From contig JAVJQS010000007.1 of the NCBI GenBank assembly GCA_040218815.1, forward strand, positions 25,557 to 89,556: a stretch of DNA of 64,000 bases, given 5' to 3'. The stretch is from Vicingaceae bacterium. Lineage in GTDB: Bacteria > Bacteroidota > Bacteroidia > Flavobacteriales_E > Vicingaceae. The notes below the pieces were generated by a model. The model was not told the origin of the DNA. It did no database searches and worked only from the letters and a program-made list of their open reading frames with translations. The stretch's first letter is position 1. Every line of letters starts with the position of its first letter. Shown in pieces: positions 54,747-64,000 of the stretch. A program made the translations under genes and the position numbers.

Positions 54747-55940
54747 CTATTCTTCAATTGCAGTAATACCTGGCAGTTTTTTCCCTTCCAAATACTCCAA
54801 TAAGGCACCTCCACCGGTAGAAATGTAACTTACTTGATCTTCAAACCCAAATTTATTTACCGCAGCCGCAGAATCCCCTCCACCAATTAAAGAGTAAGCT
54901 CCATTTTCAGTAGCTTCAGCTATTGCTTCTGCGACAGAACGAGTGCCCGTTTCAAACTTGCTCATTTCAAAAACTCCCATTGGCCCGTTCCATAAAATCG
55001 TTTTAGATTTTTTTATAGTTTCAGCGTATTCATCAATGGCCATTGGTCCAATGTCTAAACCCATCCAGCCATCTTTTATATCTAAGTTGTTAGCTGCCAT
55101 CACTTCAGCCTCATTACTGAATTTGTTTGCAATAATAGAATCTGATGGTAGGAGCAAACGCACATTTTTTTCTTTAGCCAAGTTTAAAATGGTGGTTGCT
55201 AAATTCAATTTATCTTCCTCTACTAAGCTGTTTCCAACTTTTCCACCCAATGCCTTGAAAAAAGTATAGCTCATTGCTCCACCAATAATTAAATTATCGA
55301 CTTTATCAAGCATTTTTTCTATAAGCAAAATCTTATCTGAAATTTTTGCCCCTCCCATTATAGCAGTAAAAGGTTTCTGATTGTTTTCAATCAAATGATT
55401 CGCTGCATTTAATTCTTTTTCAATTACATATCCAAACATCTTTTTGTCGTCATCAAAAAAGGAAGCTATTATTGCTGTGGAGGCATGCGCTCGATGAGCT
55501 GTCCCAAAAGCATCGTTTACATAAACATCCCCTAAGTCAGCTAATTTCTTTGCAAAAGAAACGTTACCATCTACTTCCATATTATGGAAGCGTAAGTTCT
55601 CTAATAATAAGACCTCGCCAGGCTTCAAATTTTCTGCTGCTTGATTTACTTCCTCACCTATGCAATCAGTCACAAACTTCACCTGTCTATTTAGTTTTTC
55701 ACTTAAGGTTTTTACAAGGTGTTTTAATGAAAATTTTTCTTGTTCCTGCCCTTTTGGTCTTCCTAGGTGCGATATTAATATTACAGCTCCCCCATCATTT
55801 AGCATTTTATTAATACTCGGCAAGGCAGCATCAATACGTGTTTCATCTGTAATTTCAAACTGCTCATTAAGCGGTACATTAAAGTCTACCCTCACAACTG
55901 CCTTTTGTCCATTGAAATTATAGTCACTAATTTTTACCAT
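54747..55940 (-). CDS. pgk: Phosphoglycerate kinase
   Basis: Motifs are RVDFNVP, SHLGRP, AHRAHAS and STGGGA. Confidence 0.95.
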   Translation of the reverse strand: MVKISDYNFNGQKAVVRVDFNVPLNEQFEITDETRIDAALPSINKMLNDGGAVILISHLGRPKGQEQEKFSLKHLVKTLSEKLNRQVKFVTDCIGEEVNQAAENLKPGEVLLLENLRFHNMEVDGNVSFAKKLADLGDVYVNDAFGTAHRAHASTAIIASFFDDDKKMFGYVIEKELNAANHLIENNQKPFTAIMGGAKISDKILLIEKMLDKVDNLIIGGAMSYTFFKALGGKVGNSLVEEDKLNLATTILNLAKEKNVRLLLPSDSIIANKFSNEAEVMAANNLDIKDGWMGLDIGPMAIDEYAETIKKSKTILWNGPMGVFEMSKFETGTRSVAEAIAEATENGAYSLIGGGDSAAAVNKFGFEDQVSYISTGGGALLEYLEGKKLPGITAIEE

Positions 55941-56026
55941 CTGTCTTGTTTTTTGAAGGGTGGTAAAATTAATATTTCTGTACTAACTATAATTTAGCAT
56001 CAAAATGTTTCGGTTAACTTTGTTAT

Positions 56027-57169
56027 ATGCAGTTTAGCGAAATAGTTGGACAAGAATCCCTAAAGCAGCGCCTTGTAAAAACAGTAGTAGAAGGACGTGT
56101 CAGCCATGCGCAACTTTTTTTAGGTCAATGTGGGTTTGGCTCGTTGCCATTAGCCATAGCATATGCCCAATTCATTCACTGCACGAATAAGCAAGCAGAA
56201 GACTCATGCGGTGAATGCAACTCTTGCAAAAAAATTGAAAAATTAGCCCATCCTGACTTACACTTTTCCTTCCCGATTGCTGGTAAAGACAAGCCTACTA
56301 GTGACACTTTTATTACTGATTGGCGTGAAATAAATTTAGATAACCCCTATTTTGGACTGGATAATTGGCATCAAAAAATCGAGATTGACAATAAGCAGAG
56401 TATTATCAATGTTCATGAAAGTCAGCGTATTATAAAAAAATTAAGCTTAAAGGCATTTGAATCAGAGTTTAAAGTATTGATTATCTGGAAGGCAGAAAAC
56501 ATGAATGTTGATGCTTCCAATAAGCTCTTAAAATTGATTGAAGAACCCACCGATAAAACAATAATTTTAATGGTAGTTGAAGATGAAGAGCTTTTGCTAC
56601 CAACAATTCGTTCAAGAACTCAAATTACGCGCGTTCCACCAATTAATTCTCAATTAATTGCAACAAAACTAATGGAAGAATTGGGTGTTGATCTTGCAAC
56701 TGCCCAACAAAGTGCATCCCTTTCCGAGGGCAATTTGAGTACTGCAAAAGAAAAAGTTAAGCAATCAGATGAAGATGAATACTTTTTTGAATTGTTTAAA
56801 AACTGGATGCGTGCTTGTTATGAAGCCAACATAGAAAAAATGCACCAATGGGTGGAAGAAATGTCGAGTAAAAGTGTCGGCAGAGAGGGACAAAAGCGCT
56901 TTTTAAACTTTGCATTGGAAATTATGCGCGAAGGTTTGATTCGAAATTATGGACCAGCTAATTTAAATCGATTTGATGGAGATGTAAGTACTTTCATGAA
57001 AAAATTTGCCCCTTTTGTGCATGAAAACAACGTTTTTGGCATTGTAGAGATTTTAAGTGATGCTCATTTTCACATTTCCAGAAACGCATATCCTAAAATA
57101 TTATTTATGGATATGTCGATGAAATTTGCCAATTTACTCCGCATCAAAAAACGTACATTTGTGAGTTAA
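56027..57169 (+). CDS. holB: DNA polymerase III delta' subunit
   Basis: It contains RVSHAQLFLG.CGFG, a Zn module (CGECNSCKK) and an LLKLIEEP box. Confidence 0.8.
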   Translation: MQFSEIVGQESLKQRLVKTVVEGRVSHAQLFLGQCGFGSLPLAIAYAQFIHCTNKQAEDSCGECNSCKKIEKLAHPDLHFSFPIAGKDKPTSDTFITDWREINLDNPYFGLDNWHQKIEIDNKQSIINVHESQRIIKKLSLKAFESEFKVLIIWKAENMNVDASNKLLKLIEEPTDKTIILMVVEDEELLLPTIRSRTQITRVPPINSQLIATKLMEELGVDLATAQQSASLSEGNLSTAKEKVKQSDEDEYFFELFKNWMRACYEANIEKMHQWVEEMSSKSVGREGQKRFLNFALEIMREGLIRNYGPANLNRFDGDVSTFMKKFAPFVHENNVFGIVEILSDAHFHISRNAYPKILFMDMSMKFANLLRIKKRTFVS

Positions 57170-57241
57170 GGGTTTGTTCAAATAAATCCAATTTTTTTAA
57201 CCACATCGGCAGTTTTGCTGCCGCTTAGATAGATATAGAAT

Positions 57242-58429
57242 ATGGGCTGTGCAACATGCACGAATAAGGAAAGTGGAGTTCCGGCCGGATGCAAAAGCAA
57301 TGGAAGTTGTGGCAACGGAGGATGCAATAAATTAACATCATTCAATTGGTTGGCGAATATGTCGTTGCCAAAAAATGCTTCGCCATTTACCACTGTAGAG
57401 ATTCGATTTAAAAACGGAAGAAAAGAGTTTTTCAAAAATGATAGTAACATCAGCCTTTATGAGGGCGATGTAGTTGCTGTAGATGCAGCCCCAGGACATG
57501 ATGTTGGGGTTGTTTGTCTTTCAGGAGAGTTGGTTCGTCTACAAATGCAAAAGAAAAACATGTTTTTACAGTCAAAAGACTTAAAAAATGTTCTTCGTAA
57601 AGCTACACAAGAAGACATAGAAAAATGGCAAGAAGGCAGAGCAAAAGAGGCTGAGGCGATGCACAAAGCTCGAAAAATTGCAAATGAGCTTAGCTTAAAA
57701 ATGAAAATTTCTGATGTAGAGTATCAAGGTGATCAAAGCAAGGCTATTTTCTATTACACTGCTGAAGAGCGTGTGGACTTTAGAGAATTGATTGTGAAAT
57801 TGGCTGATGCTTTTAAAACACGCATTGAAATGAAACAAATTGGTATGCGCCAAGAAGCAGGAAGATTAGGTGGAATTGGTTCATGTGGTCGAGAATTGTG
57901 TTGTTCTACTTGGTTAACTGATTTTCGCTCAGTTTCTACTTCAGCAGCGAGGTATCAGCAGCTATCATTGAACCCAAGTAAATTAGCAGGTCAGTGCGGA
58001 AAACTAAAGTGTTGCTTGAATTACGAATTGGATGTTTACTTAGATGAACTGAAAAGCTTCCCCGATACAAAGCATAAACTGAAAACCAAGAAAGGCAACG
58101 CCTTTTTCCAAAAAATGGACATTTTTGCCAATAAAATGTGGTACTCCTATCAAGACACTCCCTATGAGTTTGTTGAAATGAGTTTGACGCGGGTAAAAGA
58201 AATTTTAGAGGAAAATAAAAAAGGGGAAACTGTAGCTGAGTTGAAAGATTATCAAGACATTCCTGTTGTTTCTACTCCAGATTATGCCAATGTAGTCGGA
58301 CAGGATGACTTAACTCGTTTTGATCAAAAGAATAAGAAAGGGAAAAATAAAAAACGCAGAAATAACAAGCGCAGGAAAAATAACTCTTCTGGTCCTAATA
58401 ATCCGAAATCGAATAACAAGTCCAACTAA
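57242..58429 (+). CDS. PSP1-domain protein (RicT/YaaT-like) with a Cys-rich N-terminus and a basic Asn/Lys-rich tail
   Basis: The PSP1 core reads IFYYTAEERVDFRELIVKLADAFKTRIEMKQIG..R, followed by CGRELCC...CGKLKCCL. Synteny is holB-ricT. Confidence 0.8.
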   Translation: MGCATCTNKESGVPAGCKSNGSCGNGGCNKLTSFNWLANMSLPKNASPFTTVEIRFKNGRKEFFKNDSNISLYEGDVVAVDAAPGHDVGVVCLSGELVRLQMQKKNMFLQSKDLKNVLRKATQEDIEKWQEGRAKEAEAMHKARKIANELSLKMKISDVEYQGDQSKAIFYYTAEERVDFRELIVKLADAFKTRIEMKQIGMRQEAGRLGGIGSCGRELCCSTWLTDFRSVSTSAARYQQLSLNPSKLAGQCGKLKCCLNYELDVYLDELKSFPDTKHKLKTKKGNAFFQKMDIFANKMWYSYQDTPYEFVEMSLTRVKEILEENKKGETVAELKDYQDIPVVSTPDYANVVGQDDLTRFDQKNKKGKNKKRRNNKRRKNNSSGPNNPKSNNKSN

Positions 58430-58903
58430 ATGACGCTTAAAAAACTAATTTTCAGCTCTTTGCTTTTTATTATCTTTTTTGCTGCTTGTGATGAGGGAAG
58501 AATTTATGAAGAAAGCTTAAAAATCCCAGAGTCTGAATGGGAGAGAAATGAAACAGCAGAGTTTGAATTTGAGATTGAAGATAGCCTAGCTAGTTATACC
58601 TTTTCTCTGCACTTTAGACATGCCGGGAATTACCCCTATAAAAACATTTATCTGTTTACAAAAACAAAAAGCCCTTCTGGAAAATTAGCAGTAGACACAG
58701 CGCAAATGATTTTAGCCAACAATCAAGGAAGGTGGTTAGGTAAAGGAATTGGCGACATTTATGATTATCAGTTCCAATTTAAAAAAGGTCCAATATTCCC
58801 TGAAAAGGGAAAGTATAAGGTGGAAATCGAACAAGCTATGCGTGAAAAAACACTTAGCAATGTAACAGATATTGGAATAGGTATTAAAAAAATAAATCCT
58901 TAA
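58430..58903 (+). CDS. gldH: Gliding motility lipoprotein GldH
   Basis: It has a lipoprotein signal (FFAAC), is about 157 aa, and contains YPYKNIYLF...G.GDIYDY, as recalled for GldH. It sits upstream of PBP1A, as in Flavobacterium. Confidence 0.7.
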   Translation: MTLKKLIFSSLLFIIFFAACDEGRIYEESLKIPESEWERNETAEFEFEIEDSLASYTFSLHFRHAGNYPYKNIYLFTKTKSPSGKLAVDTAQMILANNQGRWLGKGIGDIYDYQFQFKKGPIFPEKGKYKVEIEQAMREKTLSNVTDIGIGIKKINP

Positions 58904-58906
58904 AAT

Positions 58907-61333
58907 TTGAAAAAAGAAAAAAGAAGTTACGGTTCTTACTTGCTTGGCTTTTGGTTGATTATAATTATTCCTTTGCTCGTTTTTTGCTTTTTACTTTACG
59001 CTGCAGGAAACTCTTGGGCTGGCTTCGATGAACTACCATCCTTTGAGCAGTTAGAAAACCCAAAAAGCAACTTGGCAACAGAAGTATATACTTCAGATGG
59101 TAAAATTCTAGGGAAATACTTTTACCAAAATCGGGTAAATGTCGATTATCAAGACTTATCACCCAACTTGATTGATGCACTAGTTTCTACTGAAGATGAG
59201 CGCTATTACGAGCATTCAGGTATAGACCTTAGAGGTTTGGCTAGGGCTATTCTAAATGCCGGTTCAAGCGGAGGAGCAAGTACCATAACGCAACAACTGG
59301 CAAAAATGCTTTTTTCTGATTCCCCACAATCCACATGGGATAGAATAAAACAAAAAATGCAGGAGTGGATTATTGCAGCTCAGTTGGAAAGGAGATATAC
59401 TAAAGAAGAAATTATTGCCATGTATTTTAATCGCTTCGACTTTGTGAATAATGCTGTTGGGATTAAATCAGCTGCTCAGGTTTACTTTGGAAAATCACCT
59501 GATAGTCTTAAAATTGAGGAGGCAGCCCTGCTTGTAGGGATGTTGAAAAACCCTTCTTTATTTAACCCTGTAAGCAGAGAAGACACTACTTTGCATCGCA
59601 GGAATGTAGTGCTATTTCAAATGAAAAGAAATGAGGTATTAACTGCTGGACAGTATGATAGCTTGAAACAATTACCGCTAAGCTTAAACTATTCTCAGGT
59701 AGACCACAAAGATGGTATTGCTCCCTACTTTAGAGAAGTATTAAGAGCCGAATTGAAAAACATCTTCAACGAGAAAGATGAAGAGGGATTGCCAATGCTT
59801 AGAAAAGCGAATGGAGAAGAGTATGATATTTATAAAGATGGCTTAAAGATTTACACCACAATCAACTATAAAATGCAGGAATATGCAGAGTGGGCGGTAA
59901 AAGAGCACATGAGCTACCAACTGCAAAAAGATTTTTTCAAAAACCTTTCAAAAAAGAAGAATGCTCCATTTGATTGGCGCGTTTCTCAACAAGAGGTGGA
60001 TAATATTTTAAATGCCGCCATGAAACGAAGTGAGCGATACTTAATCATGAGCGGAGAACAATGTGCCAATTGTGGCAGAAGAGGCCGTTTTCTAGAAGAA
60101 AAAACGATTAAAGGTAAGAAAGTAGTGCTCTGTTTGGCTGATGATTGCAAGCATGAGACCCCCATTCACCCAAAAGATTCCATCATTGCATCTTTTGATC
60201 GACCAACAAAAATGAAAGTTTTTTCTTGGAATGGAGAAATTGATACAATCATGACTCCAATGGATTCAATTCGGTATTACAAGAGCTTTTTACAGGCTGG
60301 ATTAATGTCAATGGACCCTCGAACAGGATACATTAAAGCATGGGTTGGTGGTATCAATTATGAGCATTTTGCCTATGATCATGTTCGTCAATCTAAACGG
60401 CAAGTTGGCTCAACTTTTAAGCCTTTTGTTTATTCTGTTGCGGTAGATGAGGGCTTTTCACCGTGTTATGAGGTGCCTAATGTACCTGTGCCTTTTAGAA
60501 AAGGAGAGTTTGGCCTATTGAAAGACTGGACTGCAAAAAATAGTACGGACGACTACGGCTATAATGTGACGTTGAAGTATGGCTTAGCCAACTCTATGAA
60601 TACGGTTACCTCTTGGGTAATGAAACAGTTTGGCCCAGAAAGGGTCATCAAAATGGCAAGAAGTATGGGTATAACTTCTGATCTGCCAGCAGTGCCTTCC
60701 TTGGCGCTTGGTGTTGCGGATGTTTCTGTTTTTGAAATGGTTGGTGCCTTCTCGACTTTTGCAAACAAAGGCAATTGGATTGAGCCACAGTTTTTAACAC
60801 GAATAGAAGATAAAGATGGGAACATCATCAAAGAGTTTGTGCCAGACACAAGAGAAGTTTTAAGTGAAGAAAAAGCATATGTAATGCTGAATTTATTGAA
60901 GGGAGTCACAAGCTACAATTACAATAAGTTCAAAGATAAAAATGTGGCTGGAACAGGTATTCGATTGCGCTTTGCAAAAAGTGAAGAAAGGCCTTATGCA
61001 GATATTCAATACCCCATTGCTGGAAAAACTGGAACCACACAAAATAATTCAGACGGATGGTTTATGGGTGCTACACCTGATTTAGTGACAGGGGTTTGGG
61101 TAGGTGCCGAAGATAGAAGTGTTCGTTTTACTTACACTAGTGATGGACAAGGCGCTAATACTGGTTTGCCAATTTGGGGATATTACATGAATAAGATATA
61201 TGCTGATTCTACTCTTAAAATTTCAACAGAAGATTTTGAAAAGCCCGACACCCCTTTAAGCATTCAATTAGATTGTGAGGAGTATGAAAAATCAAGGCAA
61301 TCGAACAGCAATGCTGAACCAGTATTTGATTAA
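58907..61333 (+). CDS. Penicillin-binding protein 1A (bifunctional transglycosylase/transpeptidase)
   Basis: GT51 motifs are EDERYYEHSGID, GASTITQQLAK and RKxxE-like QEWIIAAQLERRYTKEEI. The transpeptidase motifs are STFKP, SMN and KTGTT. The start is TTG. Confidence 0.9.
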   Translation: MKKEKRSYGSYLLGFWLIIIIPLLVFCFLLYAAGNSWAGFDELPSFEQLENPKSNLATEVYTSDGKILGKYFYQNRVNVDYQDLSPNLIDALVSTEDERYYEHSGIDLRGLARAILNAGSSGGASTITQQLAKMLFSDSPQSTWDRIKQKMQEWIIAAQLERRYTKEEIIAMYFNRFDFVNNAVGIKSAAQVYFGKSPDSLKIEEAALLVGMLKNPSLFNPVSREDTTLHRRNVVLFQMKRNEVLTAGQYDSLKQLPLSLNYSQVDHKDGIAPYFREVLRAELKNIFNEKDEEGLPMLRKANGEEYDIYKDGLKIYTTINYKMQEYAEWAVKEHMSYQLQKDFFKNLSKKKNAPFDWRVSQQEVDNILNAAMKRSERYLIMSGEQCANCGRRGRFLEEKTIKGKKVVLCLADDCKHETPIHPKDSIIASFDRPTKMKVFSWNGEIDTIMTPMDSIRYYKSFLQAGLMSMDPRTGYIKAWVGGINYEHFAYDHVRQSKRQVGSTFKPFVYSVAVDEGFSPCYEVPNVPVPFRKGEFGLLKDWTAKNSTDDYGYNVTLKYGLANSMNTVTSWVMKQFGPERVIKMARSMGITSDLPAVPSLALGVADVSVFEMVGAFSTFANKGNWIEPQFLTRIEDKDGNIIKEFVPDTREVLSEEKAYVMLNLLKGVTSYNYNKFKDKNVAGTGIRLRFAKSEERPYADIQYPIAGKTGTTQNNSDGWFMGATPDLVTGVWVGAEDRSVRFTYTSDGQGANTGLPIWGYYMNKIYADSTLKISTEDFEKPDTPLSIQLDCEEYEKSRQSNSNAEPVFD

Positions 61334-61397
61334 TACTCTTAAAATTTATAACTTTCGCTTAGCTTTCAAAAGCTATTAAGATAAAAGGATAACCGAC

Positions 61398-62093
61398 ATG
61401 AAAAAAGTAGTTAAAAATGCAACAGAAGCCATTGATGGCATAAAAAGCGGTATGACGTTGATGTTAGGAGGTTTTGGCTTATGCGGCATCCCGGAGAAGT
61501 GCATTGAAGCACTCTCTCAGTACCCTGAAATAACAGATTTAACCTGTATTTCAAACAATGCTGGAGTAGATGATTTTGGTTTAGGCTTATTATTGAAAAA
61601 CCACCAAATAAAAAAAATGATCTCGTCATACGTTGGTGAAAATGCTGAATTTGAACGTCAAATGCTTAGCGGTGAACTAGAAGTAGACTTAACTCCACAA
61701 GGAACTTTAGCAGAAAAATGTAGAGCAGGTGGAGCGGGAATCCCAGCATTTTTTACTCCTGCTGGCTATGGAACCGAAATAGCTGAAGGCAAAGAAGTAA
61801 GAGAGTTTAACGGGAAAAAGTACATTTTAGAAGAAAGTTTGGTTTCGGACTTTTCTATAGTTAAAGCTTGGAAGGGAGACACCAAAGGCAATTTAGTCTT
61901 TAAAGCTACAGCTCGAAATTTTAATCCAATTATGGCTATGGCTGGCAAAATCACCATTGCTGAGGTTGAGGAATTAGTGGAACCAGGAGAGTTAGATCCA
62001 AACGAAATTCACACACCAGGTATTTTTGTGCACCGAATATTTGAAGGAAAGGATTATGAAAAGAGGATTGAACAACGAACTGTTGCCAGTTAA
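61398..62093 (+). CDS. scoA: 3-oxoacid CoA-transferase subunit A
   Basis: The sequence contains [15 protein letters not shown] and ENAEFERQ, in a protein of about 231 aa. Confidence 0.9.
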   Translation: MKKVVKNATEAIDGIKSGMTLMLGGFGLCGIPEKCIEALSQYPEITDLTCISNNAGVDDFGLGLLLKNHQIKKMISSYVGENAEFERQMLSGELEVDLTPQGTLAEKCRAGGAGIPAFFTPAGYGTEIAEGKEVREFNGKKYILEESLVSDFSIVKAWKGDTKGNLVFKATARNFNPIMAMAGKITIAEVEELVEPGELDPNEIHTPGIFVHRIFEGKDYEKRIEQRTVAS

Positions 62094-62127
62094 TTTCCCA
62101 ATATAGCAATGTTCTAATGTAATAATT

Positions 62128-62481
62128 GTGGAAGCTAAAGAAAACATAATATTAAAAAAATCAATATAATTTTCATTAACATTGATTGAATATGTTGAGG
62201 TTTTAGAAGCAAATAAAAAGTATATTATTGCACGACAATTGTTAAAATCTGGCACATCAATTGGTGCTAATATTCATGAAGCACAAAATGCTGAAAGCAG
62301 AGCTGACTTTATTCATAAAGTTAAGATTGCTGCAAAAGAAGTAGAAGAAACAAAATACTGGTTAACCCTTTGCAAAGATTCAAAGTCTTATCCATTTGAA
62401 ATAGAATTGGAAATAAAAATAAATGAAATTGGACTTATCATTTATAAAATATTAAGTAGCAGCAGAAAAAATAACAATTAA
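62128..62481 (+). pseudogene. Four-helix-bundle protein (former 23S rRNA intervening-sequence protein family) with an in-frame TAA at 62167-62169
   Basis: Read in one frame, the sequence is (V)EAKENIILKKSI*FSLTLIEYVEVLEANKKYIIARQLLKSGTSIGANIHEAQNAESRADFIHKVKIAAKEVEETKYWL. Family-typical sequence lies on both sides of the stop. The track ORF 62182-62481 is only the downstream part. Confidence 0.65.
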
Positions 62482-62558
62482 CTTAAAATACTAAATGGCA
62501 CATTTATACATTAATAAATTGTTACATTGAAAAAATTGCTACATTAAACAATTATAAT

Positions 62559-63212
62559 ATGTTAGATAAAGTAGGTATTGCAAAGCGAATCGCACAAGAA
62601 CTAGAAGATGGTTGGTATGTCAATTTAGGAATAGGTATTCCGACATTAGTAGCCAACTATATTCCAAATGAAATTGATGTTACCCTTCAGTCAGAAAATG
62701 GGCTTTTGGGAATGGGGCCATTCCCCACCGAAGAAACAATCGATGCAGATTTAATTAATGCTGGGAAGCAAACTATTACTACACGGCCGGGCTCAGTATT
62801 TTTTGACTCTTCAGACAGTTTTGCGATGATTCGTGCAGGTAAAGTTCAGTTAACAGTCTTAGGTGCTATGGAAGTAGATCAAAATGGAGACATTGCCAAC
62901 TGGAAAATTCCTGGAAAAATGGTGAAAGGCATGGGTGGTGCTATGGATTTAGTTGCCTCTGCTGAAAACATCATAGTGGCAATGATGCATACTAGCAGAT
63001 CAGGTGAGTCTAAACTCTTAAAAAAATGTAGCCTACCGCTAACTGGTGTCAATTGCGTAACTAAAATAGTTACCAACTTGGCCGTTCTTGAAGTAAAAAA
63101 TGGTTCATTTCACTTACAAGAAAGAGCCCCAGGAGTGAGTGTAGAGGAAATTCAGGAGGCTACTGAGGGTAATTTAATTGTTGAAGGAACTATACCCGAA
63201 ATGAAGATTTAA
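62559..63212 (+). CDS. scoB: 3-oxoacid CoA-transferase subunit B
   Basis: It contains NLGIGIPT, the SENG active-site Glu context (LQSENGLLGMGP) and GGAMDL. Confidence 0.9.
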   Translation: MLDKVGIAKRIAQELEDGWYVNLGIGIPTLVANYIPNEIDVTLQSENGLLGMGPFPTEETIDADLINAGKQTITTRPGSVFFDSSDSFAMIRAGKVQLTVLGAMEVDQNGDIANWKIPGKMVKGMGGAMDLVASAENIIVAMMHTSRSGESKLLKKCSLPLTGVNCVTKIVTNLAVLEVKNGSFHLQERAPGVSVEEIQEATEGNLIVEGTIPEMKI

Positions 63213-64000
63213 ATGAAACCAGCTCAGCAACTTCATAAGTTGTTCAACTCTAAATTAATCGCGGTGCTAATCGCGATTTTTATTTTTGTTGCTCATTTAA
63301 TTATGCGTAAGTATAATTACATGGACTATAAAAATGTTTTAGGTTGGGACATTTTAGCCTACTACATCTATCTGCCTTTTACTTTTATTTATGGCGACCC
63401 TGGTATTGCTGACCAATCTATTGTCCAATATATTTTTGAGACTTATCAGCCATCTGGAACTTTTTATCAAGCCTTCCCCCTTCCCAATGGAAATTGGTCC
63501 CCCATGTATACGCTTGGGTTTGCAATTTTGTATTTCCCCTTCTTCATTATTGGCCATATCTGGGCATTACTAAGCAGCTATCCAGCAGATGGTTTTTCTT
63601 ATCCCTATCAAGTGGCTATTTCCAATGGAGTTATGGTTTATATTATCGGTGGGATATTTGCGCTGAGAAAGTTGTTGAAACGCTACTTTAGCGACCTTAA
63701 TACTACTCTTGTACTTTTATGTATGTTGTTGGGTACTTCGTTTTTTCACGAAGCCATTGCCTATGAAATTGGTCCCCATGCTATGATGTTTGCTGGATTT
63801 GCGACCATACTGTGGTTAAATGCAAAATGGCATGATCACCCTACTATGAAAACCGCTTTCTGGTTGGGCTTAGTAAGTGGCCTCTGCATATTAGCAAGAG
63901 GAAGTGGGATTTTTGTCGCAATAATTCCCGTCCTGTGGGGAGTATATAACAAAGAAAGTTTACTCCAAAAAATCAATCTTTTATGGGTGAATTATCGGCA
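63213..64000 (+). CDS. Polytopic membrane protein, possibly a GT-C-fold glycosyltransferase (3' end outside the window); absent from the ORF track
   Basis: The ATG at 63213 abuts the scoB TAA. I translated the frame and it stays open to base 64000 (MKPAQQLHKLFNSKLIAVLIAIFIFVAH...GWDILAYYIYLPF...). It has multiple TM helices. The functional call is only a guess. Confidence 0.5.
   Translation, partial: MKPAQQLHKLFNSKLIAVLIAIFIFVAHLIMRKYNYMDYKNVLGWDILAYYIYLPFTFIYGDPGIADQSIVQYIFETYQPSGTFYQAFPLPNGNWSPMYTLGFAILYFPFFIIGHIWALLSSYPADGFSYPYQVAISNGVMVYIIGGIFALRKLLKRYFSDLNTTLVLLCMLLGTSFFHEAIAYEIGPHAMMFAGFATILWLNAKWHDHPTMKTAFWLGLVSGLCILARGSGIFVAIIPVLWGVYNKESLLQKINLLWVNYR

Noticed and set aside
57207-57223. 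CGGCAG-TTTTG-CTGCCG hairpin after holB as a terminator
   Set aside because: No T-run follows the stem, and it lies only about 20 bp upstream of the next co-oriented gene. The evidence is too weak to call a feature.
57178-57450. 90-aa minus-strand ORF between holB and the PSP1 gene
   Set aside because: Most of it overlaps the well-supported PSP1/RicT-like CDS on the opposite strand, and it has no recognisable features.
1-64000. tRNA, rRNA, tmRNA, RNase P or SRP RNA genes
   Set aside because: I scanned by eye for the conserved cores (GGTTCGAATCC-type T-loops, GAGGAAAGTCC for RNase P, the SRP GGAA/AGCA domain) and found none. This is a by-eye scan, not a covariance-model search.

Overview
The window looks like core chromosome from a Bacteroidota, probably a Flavobacteriia or Cytophagia-like gliding bacterium. 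This is inferred from gldH, a T9SS C-terminal sorting tail, a fused ccoN-ccoO, an IPExxxVDY protein upstream of pyk, an eukaryote-like ileS with lspA, and AT-rich DNA. I saw no rRNA, tRNA, CRISPR array, integrase or transposase.

Content in order:
- gdhA 3' end.
- A DNA-damage and photobiology neighbourhood: ligase-associated DEXH helicase, a TPR histidine kinase, a 2H phosphoesterase coupled to a minimal WYL protein, PdeM, cry-DASH, and an unlisted DUF2256 mini-ORF.
- A divergent pair of a DUF1883-like gene and an XRE/S24 repressor.
- A 1590-aa T9SS-secreted phosphoesterase.
- An FNR-type low-oxygen cluster: fnr, ccoI, usp, cdo-like, ccoS, ccoNO, ccoQ, ccoP, ccoG, fixH. A 950-bp ORF-free island interrupts it, and three copies of an ATGAY-N4-ATCAT palindrome mark its promoters.
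- A tightly packed nine-gene minus-strand operon headed by an Rrf2 regulator: truncated haemoglobin, TDO-like haem protein, RIC, 2Fe-2S ferredoxin, hemerythrin.
- ileS-dksA-like-lspA, an RND efflux operon, pyk, and a SpoIIE phosphatase.
- An ECF sigma/anti-sigma pair fused to the PPIase-pheS operon.
- pgk, holB, ricT-like, gldH and PBP1A.
- scoA and scoB, split by a nonsense-interrupted four-helix-bundle cassette.

Nothing here is a clear-cut novel system. The best leads are:
- the HK/2H/WYL insertion inside the ligase-associated damage-response locus;
- the Rrf2 haem and iron operon with its 14-6-14 inverted repeat;
- the ORF-free island with a structured sRNA-like 3' part;
- the FNR-box set.
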